64,000 nt of DNA from NCBI RefSeq assembly GCF_009914755.1, contig NC_060946.1, one strand, 5' to 3'. The stretch comes from the human T2T-CHM13v2.0 reference genome, Homo sapiens. Position 1 is the first letter of the stretch, and every line of letters starts with the position of its first letter. The translations under genes and the position numbers were made by a program. A model generated the notes under the pieces. That model searched no databases. It was not told the DNA's origin and worked only from the letters and a program-made list of their open reading frames with translations. Of the stretch, positions 14,828 to 31,019 are shown piece after piece.

Positions 14828-15184
14828 TTAAAGAGGTCTCAACAGAGGTAGACAGGGAAAGAGTAGCGGATGCAGGAAGATCCAAAATGCATATGGGGGT
14901 TTATTCAAACCGCACTCAAACCCTCTAGCAGTCCCACCACCATCCTCTCCAGAGGTCCCACCCCTGCCCCAAGCCCTCCCTGTACCCACAACCTGGCCAA
15001 ACCTCTACTCAAATGTTACTGATGAAAACAAGTCTTATCCTGCAGGTTTGAGTGCAGTAAAAGAAGTTTAAAGGCCACTGGTCCAAAATGGCCGTAAGAG
15101 AATATATGTGCAACTCTGTTCCCACAGTCTGTTCCCGGCACCCTTCCTCCCACTTCTAGTTTACTCATCTCCTTTCTTTCCTAA

Positions 15185-15461
<277 letters not shown>

Positions 15462-16068
15462 TTACAGACAAGACTTGCAACCCTAGATTCTGTGTTCCAC
15501 AGTGTCCCTAACCCTGAAAGACAGGATACCTCTTGAGACCGTCCAAGGTTTCTTGGTTTTATTGAGGGCAAATAAAGATGAGAGCAGGTGAAACAAGCAT
15601 TAAAAATGATTAAGTGTTCAACATACAGGCTTTCTAGCCCAGGAAGAGTCCCAATGAGACTGTTTGTTTCCCAAATTCAATGTATTCCTCCTGCTATAAT
15701 GCTCCCTGGCACAGGGAGTTTAGTAAAGAGCAAGCTGGGAGCTGGGAGCATGCAGTAAGTGCATCTCCAATGGGGCTCTCCTTTCGGTGCTTTGAACACA
15801 GGAAGTGATTTCAATTTCAGCACAGCTTCCACTTAGGACGATCAGGCAGCACTGGAAGCTGGAATGCAGGTGACCTATCTTCCTTGGGGCCCCTGTGCAA
15901 GAGGTCTGAAGGGTAATGACTGGGGACCGGCATGACTGAAGAGCATAAAAACAGCTGCCATGGGGTCTGGGGATTGGCGACTTGCCTACCGTGCGAACTT
16001 GGGTATATCACCTCCCCTCTGTGTGCTTTGGTTTCCTTGTTTATAAAATAAGAGTGTGGTTTCCAAAC

Positions 16069-16363
<295 letters not shown>

Positions 16364-16581
16364 TCAAACTTTTCTTTCTATAAATAACAAGCCCCCTTTT
16401 TGTCCCCAATAAAATCTTCCGGGAAATGCAAAGATCTAAAACACACAGGTGACGCATCTGTGATTGAAGTGTATTTACAGGATTCTAAAGTCCCACTTAC
16501 CTGAGTCTCTCTCCCTTACCTCCCCCAGCCCCTGGGAAACCCAGAATCCTAGAAGTTCATGGAATGATATTAGGGAACTAG

Positions 16582-16980
<399 letters not shown>

Positions 16981-17501
16981 TAGGAAATGGCTAAGAAATA
17001 GACTAAATCATTATTTCACTTAACATTTGTATTATGAAAAATGTTAAAAACATTAAAACAAGAGAGTCCCTATGTACCTATGACCCAATATCAGTAATTA
17101 TCAAGTCATGATAATTACAGCCTTGTTTCCTCTCTAACCTACTCATTCCCATGACTCCCTTTCTCCCCACCCCGTGATTACTTTGAAGCAAATCCGCGAT
17201 ATACTATCATCTTGGTCCTAAGGGTTTCAAAATCTTTATTTTTAAATCTCAATTTCATTACCACACTAAGAAAAGAACATTAATTCCTTAACTTCATCTA
17301 AAATCCACAAGCCACCAGTGCCATCAAATTTTCCCCTTTACAATTTCCTTGGTGAAGAACAGAGCTGTTTTTCTACAGAGTTTTCCGCTGTCTGAATTTT
17401 CATGACAGCGTCTCTGTTTGTCATTTAACCTGCATCTCTGCCCTCTGTATACTTCCTGTGACTTCATAGCTAGATCTAGGGTCTTGAACAGATCCAAGTT
17501 C

Positions 17502-18572
17502 TGTTGCGGGAAGTCAGGGACCCCAAACGGAGGGACCGGCTGAAGCCATGGCAGAAGAATGTGGATTGTGAAGATTTCATGGACATTTATTAGTTCCCCA
17601 AATTAATACTTTTATAATTTCTTATGCCTGTCTTTACTGCAATCTCTAAACATAAATTGTGAAGATTTCTTGGACACTTATCACTTCCCCAATCAATACC
17701 CTTGTGATTTCTTATGCCTGTCTTTACTTTAATCTCTTAATCCTGTCAGCTGAGGAGGATGTATGTCGCCTCAGGACCATGTGATAATTGCGTTAACTGC
17801 ACAAATTGTAGAGCATGTGTGTTTGAACAATATGAAATCTGGGCACCTTGAAAAAAGAACAGGATAACAGCAATTGTTCAGGGAATAAGAGAGATAACCT
17901 TAAACTCTGACCAACGGTGAGCCAGGTGGAACAGAGCCATATTTCTCTTCTTTCAAAAGCAAATGGGAGAAATATCACTGAATTCTTTTTCTCAGCAAGG
18001 AACATCCCTCGGAAAGAGAATACATGCCTGGGGGTATAGGTCTATAAACGGCCCCCACTAGGTGTGCCCATCTTCTATGGTCGAGGCTGTAGGGGTGAAA
18101 TAGACTCCAGTCTCCCATAGCGCTCCCAGGCTTATTAGGAAGAGGAAATTCCTGCCTAATAAATTTTGGTCAGACCGGTTGCTCTCAAAACCCTGTCTCC
18201 TGATAAGATGTTATCAATGACAATGGTGCCCGAAACTTCATTAGCAATTTTAATTTCACCCCGGTCCTGTGGTCTTGTGATCTCGTTCTGCCTCCACTTG
18301 CCTTGTGATATTCTATTACCTTGTGAAGTACTTCATGTCTGTGACCCACACCCTATTCGTACACTCCCTCCCCTTTTGAAACTCCCTAATAAAAACTTCC
18401 TGGTTTTTGCAGCTTGTGGGGAATCACGGAACCTACCGACATGTGATGTCTCCCCCGGATGCCCAGCTTTAAAATTTCTCTCTTTTGTACTCTGTCCTTT
18501 ATTTCTCAAGCCAGCCGACGCTTAGGAAAATAGAAAAGAACCTACGTGACTATCGGGGCAGGTTCCCCGATA
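17502..18572 (+). mobile_element. MER11 solo LTR (HERV-K11/HML-8)
   Basis: Begins TGTTGCGGGAAGTCAGGGACCCC and ends GGCAGGTTCCCCGATA; perfect 6-bp TSD AAGTTC (17496-17501 / 18573-18578); appears inserted in an old L1 fragment. Confidence 0.95.
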
Positions 18573-20645
18573 AAGTTCCATCAAGAGGCACATGACATCT
18601 GGTTGTTTCTCTTTTGTGATGCTGGCAACCATGGATTAAAACACTGACTTTATTAGACTGATTATTTTACAGTGTCTTATCCATCTTCCAAAATGTTTCA
18701 TGCATACACAAATATAGAATATTAGATATTCACAGTTTTACCCAAACTGCATTCAACTACCATTGTTCTGAAACTTTTCATTTAATGACATGGGAGTAAC
18801 AGTTTTTTAAAAAATCATAATTCCATAAGATATGCTTCACATGGTAACAATATTGAGTATAGTTTAGATTCTAACAATTTAGAAGACATTTATTCAGAGT
18901 AGTGCTTTATACATAGAAGGTGAATAATAAGTTGTTGCTGAATAAATAGCCAGCCCCATTAAATCCAGTCCACTTCTAAGCAGTGGTACGCCGTGAACTG
19001 ACCTGTACAAGGACTCCACCAGATGTACTACACGATAGACTCAAGTCTTCTAAAATTCCCCAAACATCTTTCTTCTCTCATTGTAAACTAGAAAAAGCCA
19101 AACAGTTCCTGGTTTTCACCATTTCTCACTTTGTGTTGTTTTTGAAACAACTGCCTAAAAACCCAGCATGGCTCCATCTTTCTACTGCCTTAACTCGCTC
19201 ATTCACGCTTTCTCCTCCCTCCAAATAGCTTAAGTATAAGCCATAGCCCCTGATCAAAAATCAAACTGGTAATTTCTGCCACCCCCACTCATGCTAACTG
19301 GTGGTTACAAAAAAAACTGACAGCCTGTTTCAACGTTGCCAGAGTCTGAGGGACCCCAAAATGATCAATGTCACCATTTTGCTTCATGACTAGGAGCTTA
19401 TTGTGCGAAAAGCAGCTACTCCCTATAGTCAATTAATAGTTCCATGAAAGAAGCCAGAGACGTGAGCAATCAAAACTAAATCAGGCAGCGTATTTTTTTT
19501 GAGTCCTCCGTATTTCTTTTTTCTAGAATGCTGCTGTGAAAGCTCAGAATATAAACAAGTAGGTGCTTATTAGGAAAAGACTAGTTGAAAATCTTTCGCC
19601 CAGCACATCTCAGCCACTGCAACAGTCTTCCTCACCAACAGGCTTACGTCTAAAGGACTCAGTGTGTGAGAATGAAAACGAGGTGGTGGATAAGCGGTTT
19701 TTAAACCAGGCTCATGGGCCCTAGGGGTAAGAAAGGGCAGGCACTGAGAGTCTTTGGCCAGCACCTCTATTTCTCTCTCCACCCCCAGCCCTGCACCCCT
19801 GCAGGCCACTGAATGACTCAGAGTGAAAGTCATTCCCTCCAGCACCCACAATAACCTGTCCCCACACCAGGAGCCCACCCCAGCCTGACTCAAACTCTGC
19901 CTTACTCAGGAAGGGAAGGAGAGCTCTTCCTGAAGCCGCGTTGTGCCAAAGATGCCCCACGCTCCTTGCACACTGCCAGACACTGGGCCCAAAAACTCCA
20001 GTGGTTTTACCAAAGGTATGCCTATCCCCCAATTAAAGACCCCTCATTCTGAATAAACCAGTATTCAGTTAATTACTCAAGACAAGTCCCTTTAATGGAT
20101 CCCAGAGGGCCTCTGAGGCAGAGAGAGGGACCTGGGGTCAGGTCCTTGATCTGTCCCCCTGGGCAAATCACTTTCCTGAGATGCCTCTTCGGGTCTGTAG
20201 ATTGGAGGGCCATATTCACTATCTCCTAAAGCTTTTAAAGAATCGAAAAGGCTAATTGCACAATAAAGGCAAATTCTTTCTCCTCCACCCCAGCCTGTCC
20301 TGCTTCACTCGCTCTGCTTCATTGTTCTTCATGGGTTTACACCCCCTACTTCATCTGCACTCCGTCCCAGAGAACAGTTCTTGGCCTGTCCACTCAGCAG
20401 ACACCTTCTCTGACACAGGGACTGTGTAGAGAAAGAAGAGCAGGATAAATCCTCTCTGTTCTTGCACCATTTCTGGTCTAGGAATGATAGTGTGTCATCA
20501 GTCTCATCAATAGTTAATGCTTTTGCCTCCCGGAGTCACCCCAGGATAAGACGCTGCCTCAGAAGAAAGCTGTCTCCTCAACTCCAGGTCCAGCAGACAC
20601 ACAGGCCCACTTCGCAGAACATCTCAACCACCTGGGTGTCCTTAG

Positions 20646-21243
<598 letters not shown>

Positions 21244-22904
21244 TCCTTTAGTTCTTATTACAATACTAAGGTATAGGTACAGTTGTTATCCCAATTTTCC
21301 ATACGAGGAAATACAAAGGGATGGAGAGATTAAAGAAGGAGCCCAGGGTCAGATGGCTGGTAGGGGGTGGGGGTGCAATGATCTGGTTCTGTAGCTTGAG
21401 GGCCTTTTCCACAGAAAAGTAAAAGGAGGACCATACTTCTGTTGCAGAAACTGCCAGCGACCACAACCACTCATATTTAAACCCATCAGGAGAAAAGTCC
21501 TATTCACTCTCTGGACTGAGGATCAGAAGATCTCGGGCCACACCCAGGCCCTACCACCAGCAGCAGCAATAACACGGCCTTCAAACAGGGATTTCACCTC
21601 TTCTAACCCCTATTTTCCCATCTAAAAGACGAGTGTTCTAGATAATAGCTCTCATATCCTAGGATTATCTGCAAGGAAACCAGGGAGCAGAGTCTTAAGT
21701 CTTCCGCACTTGAGGTCAGAGGGACCTAGTTCAACTCTGGGCTGTGAGGCCAGCTGGCTGGTGACTGTGGGTGGGTAATTTAACCTCTAGGTTTCCGCCT
21801 CCTCATTTGCAAAGAAGGATAACAATGAATTTATTGCAAGTACTAAAGGAAGCAACACCCACAAATGCTGAATCCAGTGTCCAGCATATAACAAACACCT
21901 AATAAATGACAGACAGTCGTATTATTATTATTACCATTACTATTATCAAGATCTGAAATTCCACAGAAGGAAATCTTCCCCTCTTTAATACGGTAGACTT
22001 TATAACCTTATTTGGAAGGATAATCTGGCTAACACATTTTCCCATTTAAATCCTTGAACAACCAAGTCTGACTCAGAGTGGAGGGGGATAGGGCGGAGGG
22101 CATAAAGGTAGCAGCTGGATCCCAGGCCCCTCATCTGATGGAGGAAGAGTTTTGCTGGCTCCCCATTCTAATTCTATCCCTGCCTCTCTCTTATGCCCCT
22201 CCCACCACACTCCTGCTCCCAAGACCCTATAAGTAACCTAACCGGTCTTAAAAAAAAAGACACCACCTGAGCAAGTCTATAGCTGCTGAATGATAATGAC
22301 AAGGTTCCTATGGCAACCCCCATTTCTAAAGTTTGGGTGGTGGAAGACAGAGAGGGATCATTTGGCACCTGGCTTATGGGTGAAACACCTTGAAACTGCA
22401 TGTTTTTTAATTCTCTCCACAATTAGAGCCAGGCCTTACACTTTTCCAGCACAAGACACTTTACAAGGTGTTTCACACAAGTTAACTACCATGTGAGATA
22501 AGGAGGAGAGATTACTGACCCTGTTTTTTACAAATGAAAAACCTAACAATTGGACTTGTTAACAGCTCATATGCAGTAAATCCAGGATAAGACCTTGGGT
22601 CTCTTGACTCCTAAACAAGCGATTTACTCAAGACCCCACTGTGTCTTCCAGCCCTAGCTACCTTCTCTCTACCGCCCCAGCCTTCTAGGCTTTCTCCTTC
22701 TCTCAAGTCACTTACTTCGAGGCACACTTACCCAACCTTTGCATTTCTGCCTTCTGTCACATCCTGCTCTGTTTCCACAATTATCAAGTGACTCAGCTCT
22801 CCAATTAAACTGTGTACATGTCTATTCAATACCATTCAGCTGTAAAATAACCTACACATTTCTACAGTGATGCCTAGGACAAAGTTTTATTCACCAAGCG
22901 ACTA

Positions 22905-23484
22905 TGCCACCGGCTCCAGTTAAAGACTACCAGGAACATACCTGTGGTCAAACAAAGTTGGGTTCATTGGTTCACTGCAGCAAGGTGGACACTACAACAG
23001 GCAGAATTTCAGAGATCTCAGCAAGAGGATGTCAGGAGGAGCTCATTATACAATTTGGACTGTGTTCAGTGATTTAGGGGTAGGCTCAGGGAAATGTAGT
23101 TTTGCTCTGAATTGGGTGCTGTCAACAGAGCAGAAATTTTATGATGACGTAGCTTCCTAATTTTTATCTAAGAGGCAGGAGGAACAGAATGAGGCTAAAG
23201 CCATAATCGGTAAAGAAACATTCGTGTGAGCTGAGACTGGGGAATGTTTGGTTGTTTTTGTGCCTTGCAGTGATCTTGCTTTTATCTGTGCTCAGTGTTG
23301 ATGATTGAGTGGTCTTGTTTTTGTCTTGTTCTATTACCAACATAGAGTGACTCCATCACTCTATATTGTATTCTGTGAAACTCTTTATGCCCAAGAAGAG
23401 AACACACAAAGGCCCCAGCTATTAGAGCCAGGCTGGCTCTAAGCAGATAGCAGCAGAAGGAACTATTCTTTGTAATTTTCTCGA
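22905..23484 (-). mobile_element. Probable ancient ERV LTR (family uncertain)
   Basis: LTR-like composition ('aaacaaagttgggttcattggttcactgcagcaagg...'); not precisely assigned. Confidence 0.4.
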
Positions 23485-23520
23485 CAACTTGTTCCACAAG
23501 TCACAATACCTGTTTGTGGT

Positions 23521-23733
23521 ATTTACTTTGTACTTTTTAAAAATAAGACTCATGATGGAGAAGGCTGATGTGAGCCAACGTTGAAAGGTCAGCCCTGGAG
23601 CTACAAAAAGAGGCCTCTGAGCTGAGAAACTGAAACCGATGCTCCCAGATGAAGTTTTTTTTTTCCTGCCATCAACTGTGGAAGTAATTAATAGTCACTT
23701 TTATTTCAGAATTTGTTTTATATTTAACAAAGC
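23521..23733 (+). repeat. Left arm of ~213-bp inverted repeat
   Basis: Reverse complement of 25613-25824, ~93% identity by manual alignment. Confidence 0.95.
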
Positions 23734-23843
23734 CTCCTGAGCATCCCTTCATGGCTTCAAGGTGGTCTGGGCACAAGATCGATAAAGATTTCGCCCCTTA
23801 ATTAGGTTACATTCCAGCAAAGGTAACATGTGTTTTTTGTCTA

Positions 23844-24443
<600 letters not shown>

Positions 24444-25612
24444 TCAGCACCATCGTCTCATTTCAGATATGCGACAACTGAGAACTAGAGAGGTCTAGGA
24501 ACTTGTCCGAGACCACACAATTTGATGATAGAACCAGGTGGAACGTGGGTCTGCAGATTCCCTGCCACAAGCTTCCTTCCCTATAATGAACAGGATATAA
24601 GAGCATTCTGTATAGGATCAAATCCAGAAGTAACTCCAGAATCACAGGCAGAAACAGCCGCTGCTTTTCAAGCACACACAGGTTTACAATACCTGTGTGT
24701 ATCCATGCCAACTTGCAAAGTGTTAACTACCAAATGATCCTGAGAGGTCCAACCTTTAGCCTCATTCAAAACAGGGAAAGAGGAGGAGGCTGTGAGCATT
24801 TAAGTCCCTTGTTCAACATCTAGATGGCCAAAGGCAGGGTTTATTTTCAAACCCCAGCTGCATAATTTCATAGCTCTATTATGCAAAACACCACACACCA
24901 GTATGATGTTCACAGATACATGTGGCCTACATAACCCTTAATAATACCTACTTCACAGACAGTTGTGAGGCTTAAATAAGTATGCCCACATATGCCGAAG
25001 ATAGCAAGGATACAAAAAAGTGCCAGTTCCTTTCCCACATGTGCTGAGTTGGAAACAGCTTGGTGCCAGAGCACGTCCACAAGGATATGTCTGCCTGTTG
25101 TGCCGTCTGCTGTATCCTCAAAACCTGCCTTGGGGCAGGCACTAAATATTCACTGAATGGATGGAAAATAGAAGTATGCAAGCTCTTCCTTCTGCTCTTT
25201 GTTCTCAATACTCTAGGGATCCCCGAGAACACCTCTCAGTTCAGCTGTGGACAAGAGGAAGCAAATGCGAAAGTGAAACTGCTCTCAGCAGGTCCCAACT
25301 GAGTCCCTACTGGGCAGGCTCGTGGCCAGCCAGATGCCCAGACCGGCCATACCAGACAGTCCTTGTAGAGGCTGAACAAGATAAATTGCCTATTGTGGAT
25401 TAAAAAATCTACCAAAGCACTCTAGAATGGATTCCAAGATCCATTTGCATCAAAAACGTGAAAGCAAATGAGTATCACATTCAAGGACTTGGCATATCAC
25501 AAACTCAGAGCTGATCAATGTAATTATAAATGCACTTAAGGGGAAAAAAAAAAAAAAAAAAAAAAAAAAGAAAGGACCTTGCCCTGGGCATGAAGAGAAG
25601 CCATGACAGGCT

Positions 25613-25824
25613 GCTTTGTTAAATATAAAACAAATTCTAAAATAAAAGTGACTATTAATTACTTCAGCAGTTGATGGCAGAAAAAAAAAATCTTGGTCTG
25701 GGAGCATCGGTTTCAGTTTCTCAGCTCAGAGACCCCTTTTTATAGCTCCAGGCTGACCTTTCACCATCGGCTCACATCAGCCTTCTCCATCATGAGTCTT
25801 ATTTTTAAAAAGTACAAGGTAAAT
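25613..25824 (-). repeat. Right arm of ~213-bp inverted repeat
   Basis: Reverse complement of 23521-23733. Confidence 0.95.
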
Positions 25825-26383
25825 CCCCCAGTGTTCTAATCAAGCCCCCTTACTCACTTGAAGGGTAACCTTCATAGAAAAGAGAGCACTTGATAAATTC
25901 CAAAGCAAGTAAAAATAAGACATTATGAAGAAGATAGTCTAATCATCACAGCTAATTACAAAAGCAGAGTACATCACTTTATTCTCCCCAAGTGTCTCCA
26001 GTTTATTTAAAAAAAAAAAGGTCCAATTTAACAAAGACATTCTGTGTTACTGGTCTGAAGAGACACAGAAGGAATCTTGGGAGATGCAGTTGTGATTTAT
26101 AAAGCCAAAGAGTTAGCTGTTGAAACAGTTATTCATAAATGTATCGGTGACATATGTAAATATATAATGATATGCCAACTGGATGCAAGAGCCCGGCGAA
26201 GGTGCTGTGGGGTGCCATGTTGCATCAAGCGAGGCCGCGTCCTTCACAAGCTTATGGCTGATTGCAGCATTACAAAACCCCAGAGGCAGGACCACAAGGC
26301 ATTCAGCAGAGAGAGAGAGCACTTTCCAGCTCAGGAGGCCCGGGCAGTCATTCTGGAGAAGGTGGCATATAAAGTGGGCCTTA

Positions 26384-26747
<364 letters not shown>

Positions 26748-28261
26748 CTAACCATTTGCTAGCCACTCCATGTGCCCCCAACCTGCCCAACCCAGAAAGG
26801 ATCAGGCGAGAGACCTCAGGGTCTGGAGGGCCCATCACGCCTCACCAGGGCTGTGTGGTACAATCCCCAGGACCCATGTTTCAGAATCCAAATGCCACAT
26901 TCCAGCCAAGATGGCAGGAATCAGAATTTCAGAGGTGGGGCTTGGTCCTGTGCTTCTGGGAAAGGCCCTCAAGGAATTTCTGATGAGCAGCCCTCTGCCC
27001 CCAGGAACCACAGATTAACACCAGTATCTTAGTTTTCGAAGTGGAGCAAATGAAACTCAGAGTGGGGGGGTTCCTTACTTTTTCATCATCATTCTGATGA
27101 ATATGTAGTGAATACCAACCTCAGGATACAAAAATTAATAAAGCCCATACCTGCCCTCATTACACGTTTTTTGCTCAGTGAGTCCTTACAGCAAAACCAT
27201 GAAGGACTACTGTCATCTCTTCACATGCCCCCTTTTTATTAAGACAAAGAAACTGAAGCTTAAAAGGTTAAGAGAACAGGAATAATAAATGATGGAGTCG
27301 GGATCAAGTCTTGGCATCCTGAGACGCACCCCGCACCTCTGTGCTGCTTACTGGAGGCTTCCCGGGCACCCAGCCCTACGCTGGCACCTGGGCGATGACT
27401 ATGTACAACAAATGGCCTCTGATCTCAGTAGGAATAGGGGGTTTAGGGGACAGCAGAAGAGAGCTGTCCAAGAACCAAACTTCCACTGAAAAGATTTCAA
27501 AATGTTTCATGTGCAGAATCCAACCAGAGTGCTGAACTGTGGCCATACCCGGACCAGTTCTCAGGGGGCCATGCTCCTCTGGAAATGTTCTCCACCCAGA
27601 CAAACACATGCCTCTCCATGGAAGAGGGTCAGAACCATTCCCGACAGAACAAGCTGGGTGGGTGGGTGGTGGGTCTAAGCAGTCACTTCCCCCTCAGAGC
27701 CTCAGTGAGGTCCATATGAAGAGGCTGAAATGAAGACTTAAGGCGCAGCTCCTAGAAGTGATAAATAGATCTACTGATCATCAGCCAAGAGAGTAAGACA
27801 CAGGGGAAATCCCACCAGAACTGGGAATTAGACACTGTTTCCAGGTCCCTGTGAGGCAGCCACTGTGTCTTCTTTGGTGAAAGAACCAGATTACAGCCCT
27901 AAACTTAGAGGCGGACAACGCCAAGCCCTAGGCTGGTGCGTCTACTTTTAGCTGTGTGAGCCAAGCGAGGTAGCTTACTTCAGCACAGATCGCCCTGCTG
28001 AAAAACGGCAACTTGGAAAGGTTTCTGTGAGGATTTAATAAAACAGCTTTGAAAACGCTACACATCTTACCTGGCTCACGACAGGTGCTTTACAAACGGC
28101 TGATGCATCTGAATGCGTTTCTTAATGTAGGTTCTGAAAAATAGACAAGGCCCCTTTAAGGTTAGTTGTCAGATGAACCTGTCTGTCATTATCCTCTCCT
28201 GTCTCCCCGCCGCTCCCTAATTTTTGTTTTTCCAAGAGCAAGCAGAAAAAGCTAAAATAAC

Positions 28262-28548
28262 TTTTTTTTTTCTTTTTTTGAGACAGAGTCTCGCTCTGTT
28301 GCCCAGGCTGGAATGCAGTGGCGTGATCTCAGTTCACTGCAACCCTTGCCTTCTGGATTCAAGTGATTCTTGTGCCTCAGTCTCCCCAGTAGCTGGGATT
28401 ACAGGCTCAGCTAATTTTTGTATTTTTAGTAGAGATGAGGTTTTGCCATGTTGGCCAGACTGGTCTCGAACTCCTGGCCTTGAGGGATCCGCCCTTCTCA
28501 GCCTCCCAGAAGTGCTGGGATTACAGCGGTGAACCACCGCACCCAGCC
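28262..28548 (-). mobile_element. Alu with short internal deletion
   Basis: Reverse Alu dimer. Confidence 0.93.
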
Positions 28549-29061
28549 TAAAAGAACATCTTTAAGTAAAGGTTCATGGGGCAGACAGATTAGTGGCTCT
28601 TTTATTCTAAGCTGGAAGCCAAAAGGAACAGACTCCCCTCAAGGGCAGGAGAAAAAAATCCATTGGGAGCTTTTGATACCCAGACAGCTGGGAAGCCCCA
28701 AAGGGCAAGAATTCAATAAATACTCCCACTGGACATGCAACGGCAAGAAACGATGCAATCAGAAAAAGGCCAAGTTAAATTACATGTTCACTTGCAGTAA
28801 GTTTTCAAGGACACATACTAACAAAACACTTACTGAAATATTTCTTATAGTTGTTTATCGGTAAATGTTAGTAATTAGTAATTAATGCTCTCCTAGATAA
28901 ACAAAATGCCTATTTTAAATAGAAAATGATAATCGAGTGCATCAGAGAGAATCTCTAGCCTATCACACAAGAGATCTCGCCTTTGACACCATAAACCATA
29001 TTACTGCACACCCAGGGCAGTTATCTGCTTAAGACCTGGGCTTGAGAAAAAATGACTAGCC

Positions 29062-30530
29062 TCCAGGAAACAACAGATGCTGGAGAGGAAGTGGAGAAAT
29101 AGGAATGCTTTTACACTGCTGGTAGGAGTGTAAATTAGTTCAACCATTGTGGAAGACAGTGTGGCGATTCCTCAAGGATCTAGAACCAGAAATACCATTT
29201 GACCCAGCAATCCCATTGTTACCGGGGTTCCTTGCTCCCAAGTTGGAACCGGGAGTTCCAACTCCCAAGATCGTGGCGGGCCGCTTCCAAAATGGCGGCC
29301 GGTCGCTTCCAAGATGGTGGCAAGCCTCGTGTTCTCTGACCTGGGGTTCTTGGCCTCACAGATTCCAAGGAATGGAATCTTGGGCCATGTGGTGAGTGTT
29401 ATAGTTCTGTTAGAAGCCACGAGTCACGGAAGAGAACCGTGGAACCCCGTGACTAGTGTTCAACTCGATTAGGATGAACCCAGGCACGTAGCTGTGCAGG
29501 AACAACGGCAAGCCTTTAGCCCGATCGGGAGCGGCAATGGGCACCTTGCTGGATCAGGAGCCCAGTGGACATCCTGCTGGATCCAGAGGGATGGAAGTCA
29601 GCGGCAGGTCTGTGACTGTGGCAAACAGCAATGGTGGACAGCAAGCGAAAGCTCAGCTCCAGCCATAACAAACCCGGACCAGAAGAGAGTGCGGTTGCAA
29701 GATTTAACAGAGTGAAAACAGAGCTCCCATACAAAGGGAGGGGACCCAAAGAGGGTAGCCATTGCTGGCTCGAATGCCTGGGTTTATATCCTGATCATTG
29801 TCCCTCCCGCTGTGCTCTCAGGTGATAGTTGATTGGCTATTTCTTTACCTCCTGTTTTTGCCTAATTAGCATTTTAGTGAGCTCTCTTTACTACCTGATT
29901 GGTCAGGTGTGAGCTAAGATGCAAGCACCCTGTTTAAAGGTGGATGCGGTCACCTTCCCAGCTAGGCTTAGGGATTCTTAGTTGGCCTAGGAAATCCAGC
30001 TAGTCCTGTCTCTCACCATTACTGGGTACATACCCAAAGGATTATAAATTATTCTACTATAAAGACACATGCACACGTATGTTTATTGCAGCACTATTCA
30101 CAATAGCAAAGACTTGGAACCAATCCAAATGCCAATGATAAGCTAGATAAAGAAAACGTGGCACATACACACCACGGAATACTATGCAGCCATAAAAAAG
30201 GATGAGTTCATGTCTTTTGCAGGGACATGGGTTAAGCTGGAAACCATCATTCTCAGCAAACTAACACAAGATCAGAAAACCAAACACCGCATCTTCTCAC
30301 TCATAGGTGGGAGTTGAACAATGAGAACACATGGACACAGGGAGGGGAACATCACACACTGGGGCCTGTAGGGGGTCGGGGGCTAGGGGAGGGATAACAT
30401 TAGGACAAATACCTAATGTAGATGACGGGTTGATGGGTGCAGCAAACCACCATGGCACATGTATACCTATGTAACATAACTGCACATTCTGCACATGTAT
30501 CCCAGAACTTAAAGTATAATTAAAAAAAAT
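29062..30530 (+). mobile_element. 5'-truncated L1PA (ORF2 C-terminus and 3'UTR), split by LTR17
   Basis: ORF2 peptide WKTVWRFLKDLEPEIPFDPAIPLL; L1PA 3'UTR; 14-bp TSD aaaaatgactagcc (29048-29061 / 30531-30544). Confidence 0.95.
29217..30015 (-). mobile_element. HERV-W solo LTR (LTR17)
   Basis: Minus strand begins TGAGAGACAGGACTAGCTGGATTTCCTAGGCC and ends ...CCCCGGTAACA; 4-bp TSD CCAT (29213-29216 / 30016-30019). Confidence 0.95.
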
Positions 30531-31019
30531 AAAAATGACTAGCCCCAAGGGAGCTCACCTTATAAATGCAAACCTGTATCATGATAATAATGTTGTATTA
30601 CTGTACTTCCTAATTTCAGAACGACATCTCATCATAGTCATTTTTAAAATATGGAAACAAACGCACGAGCTTTGGGAAAAGGTAGAAATGACACTAGGAA
30701 AACAACGGGCACCCAACAGATACAAACAAAAAGCCTTCACCTTACATTGTGGCCTCTGGCGGTATAAACTTGGTCCCCACCAGGCTTCTGGAAGAAGTGT
30801 TGTCTGAGTAGGGACTCAGAAAATAAAAGGGAGTTTTCAACAGGCCCAAAGCAGTTTCAGGCTTAACAAAGGCCACATTGTATAAAATTCTTCTCAACTC
30901 CTAAAGCTGGAGGATCCTTGGAAGTAAAAAGCAGTCAGAAGTCAGGTATCAAACAGAGACCGGGGCTTAAGTCCAGGTATGTTTTCTTGGTCTTGAGTGA
31001 TTAACGAAATCAACAAAAT

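Noticed and set aside
17565-17735. Direct repeat of ~90 bp (attgtgaagatttc...cttatgcctgtctttact)
   Set aside because: Intrinsic internal duplication of the MER11 LTR, not locus-specific.
29147-29395. ORF starting WKTVWRFLKDLEPEIPFDPAIPLL
   Set aside because: A remnant of the L1 ORF2 C-terminus reading into LTR17; truncated and non-functional.
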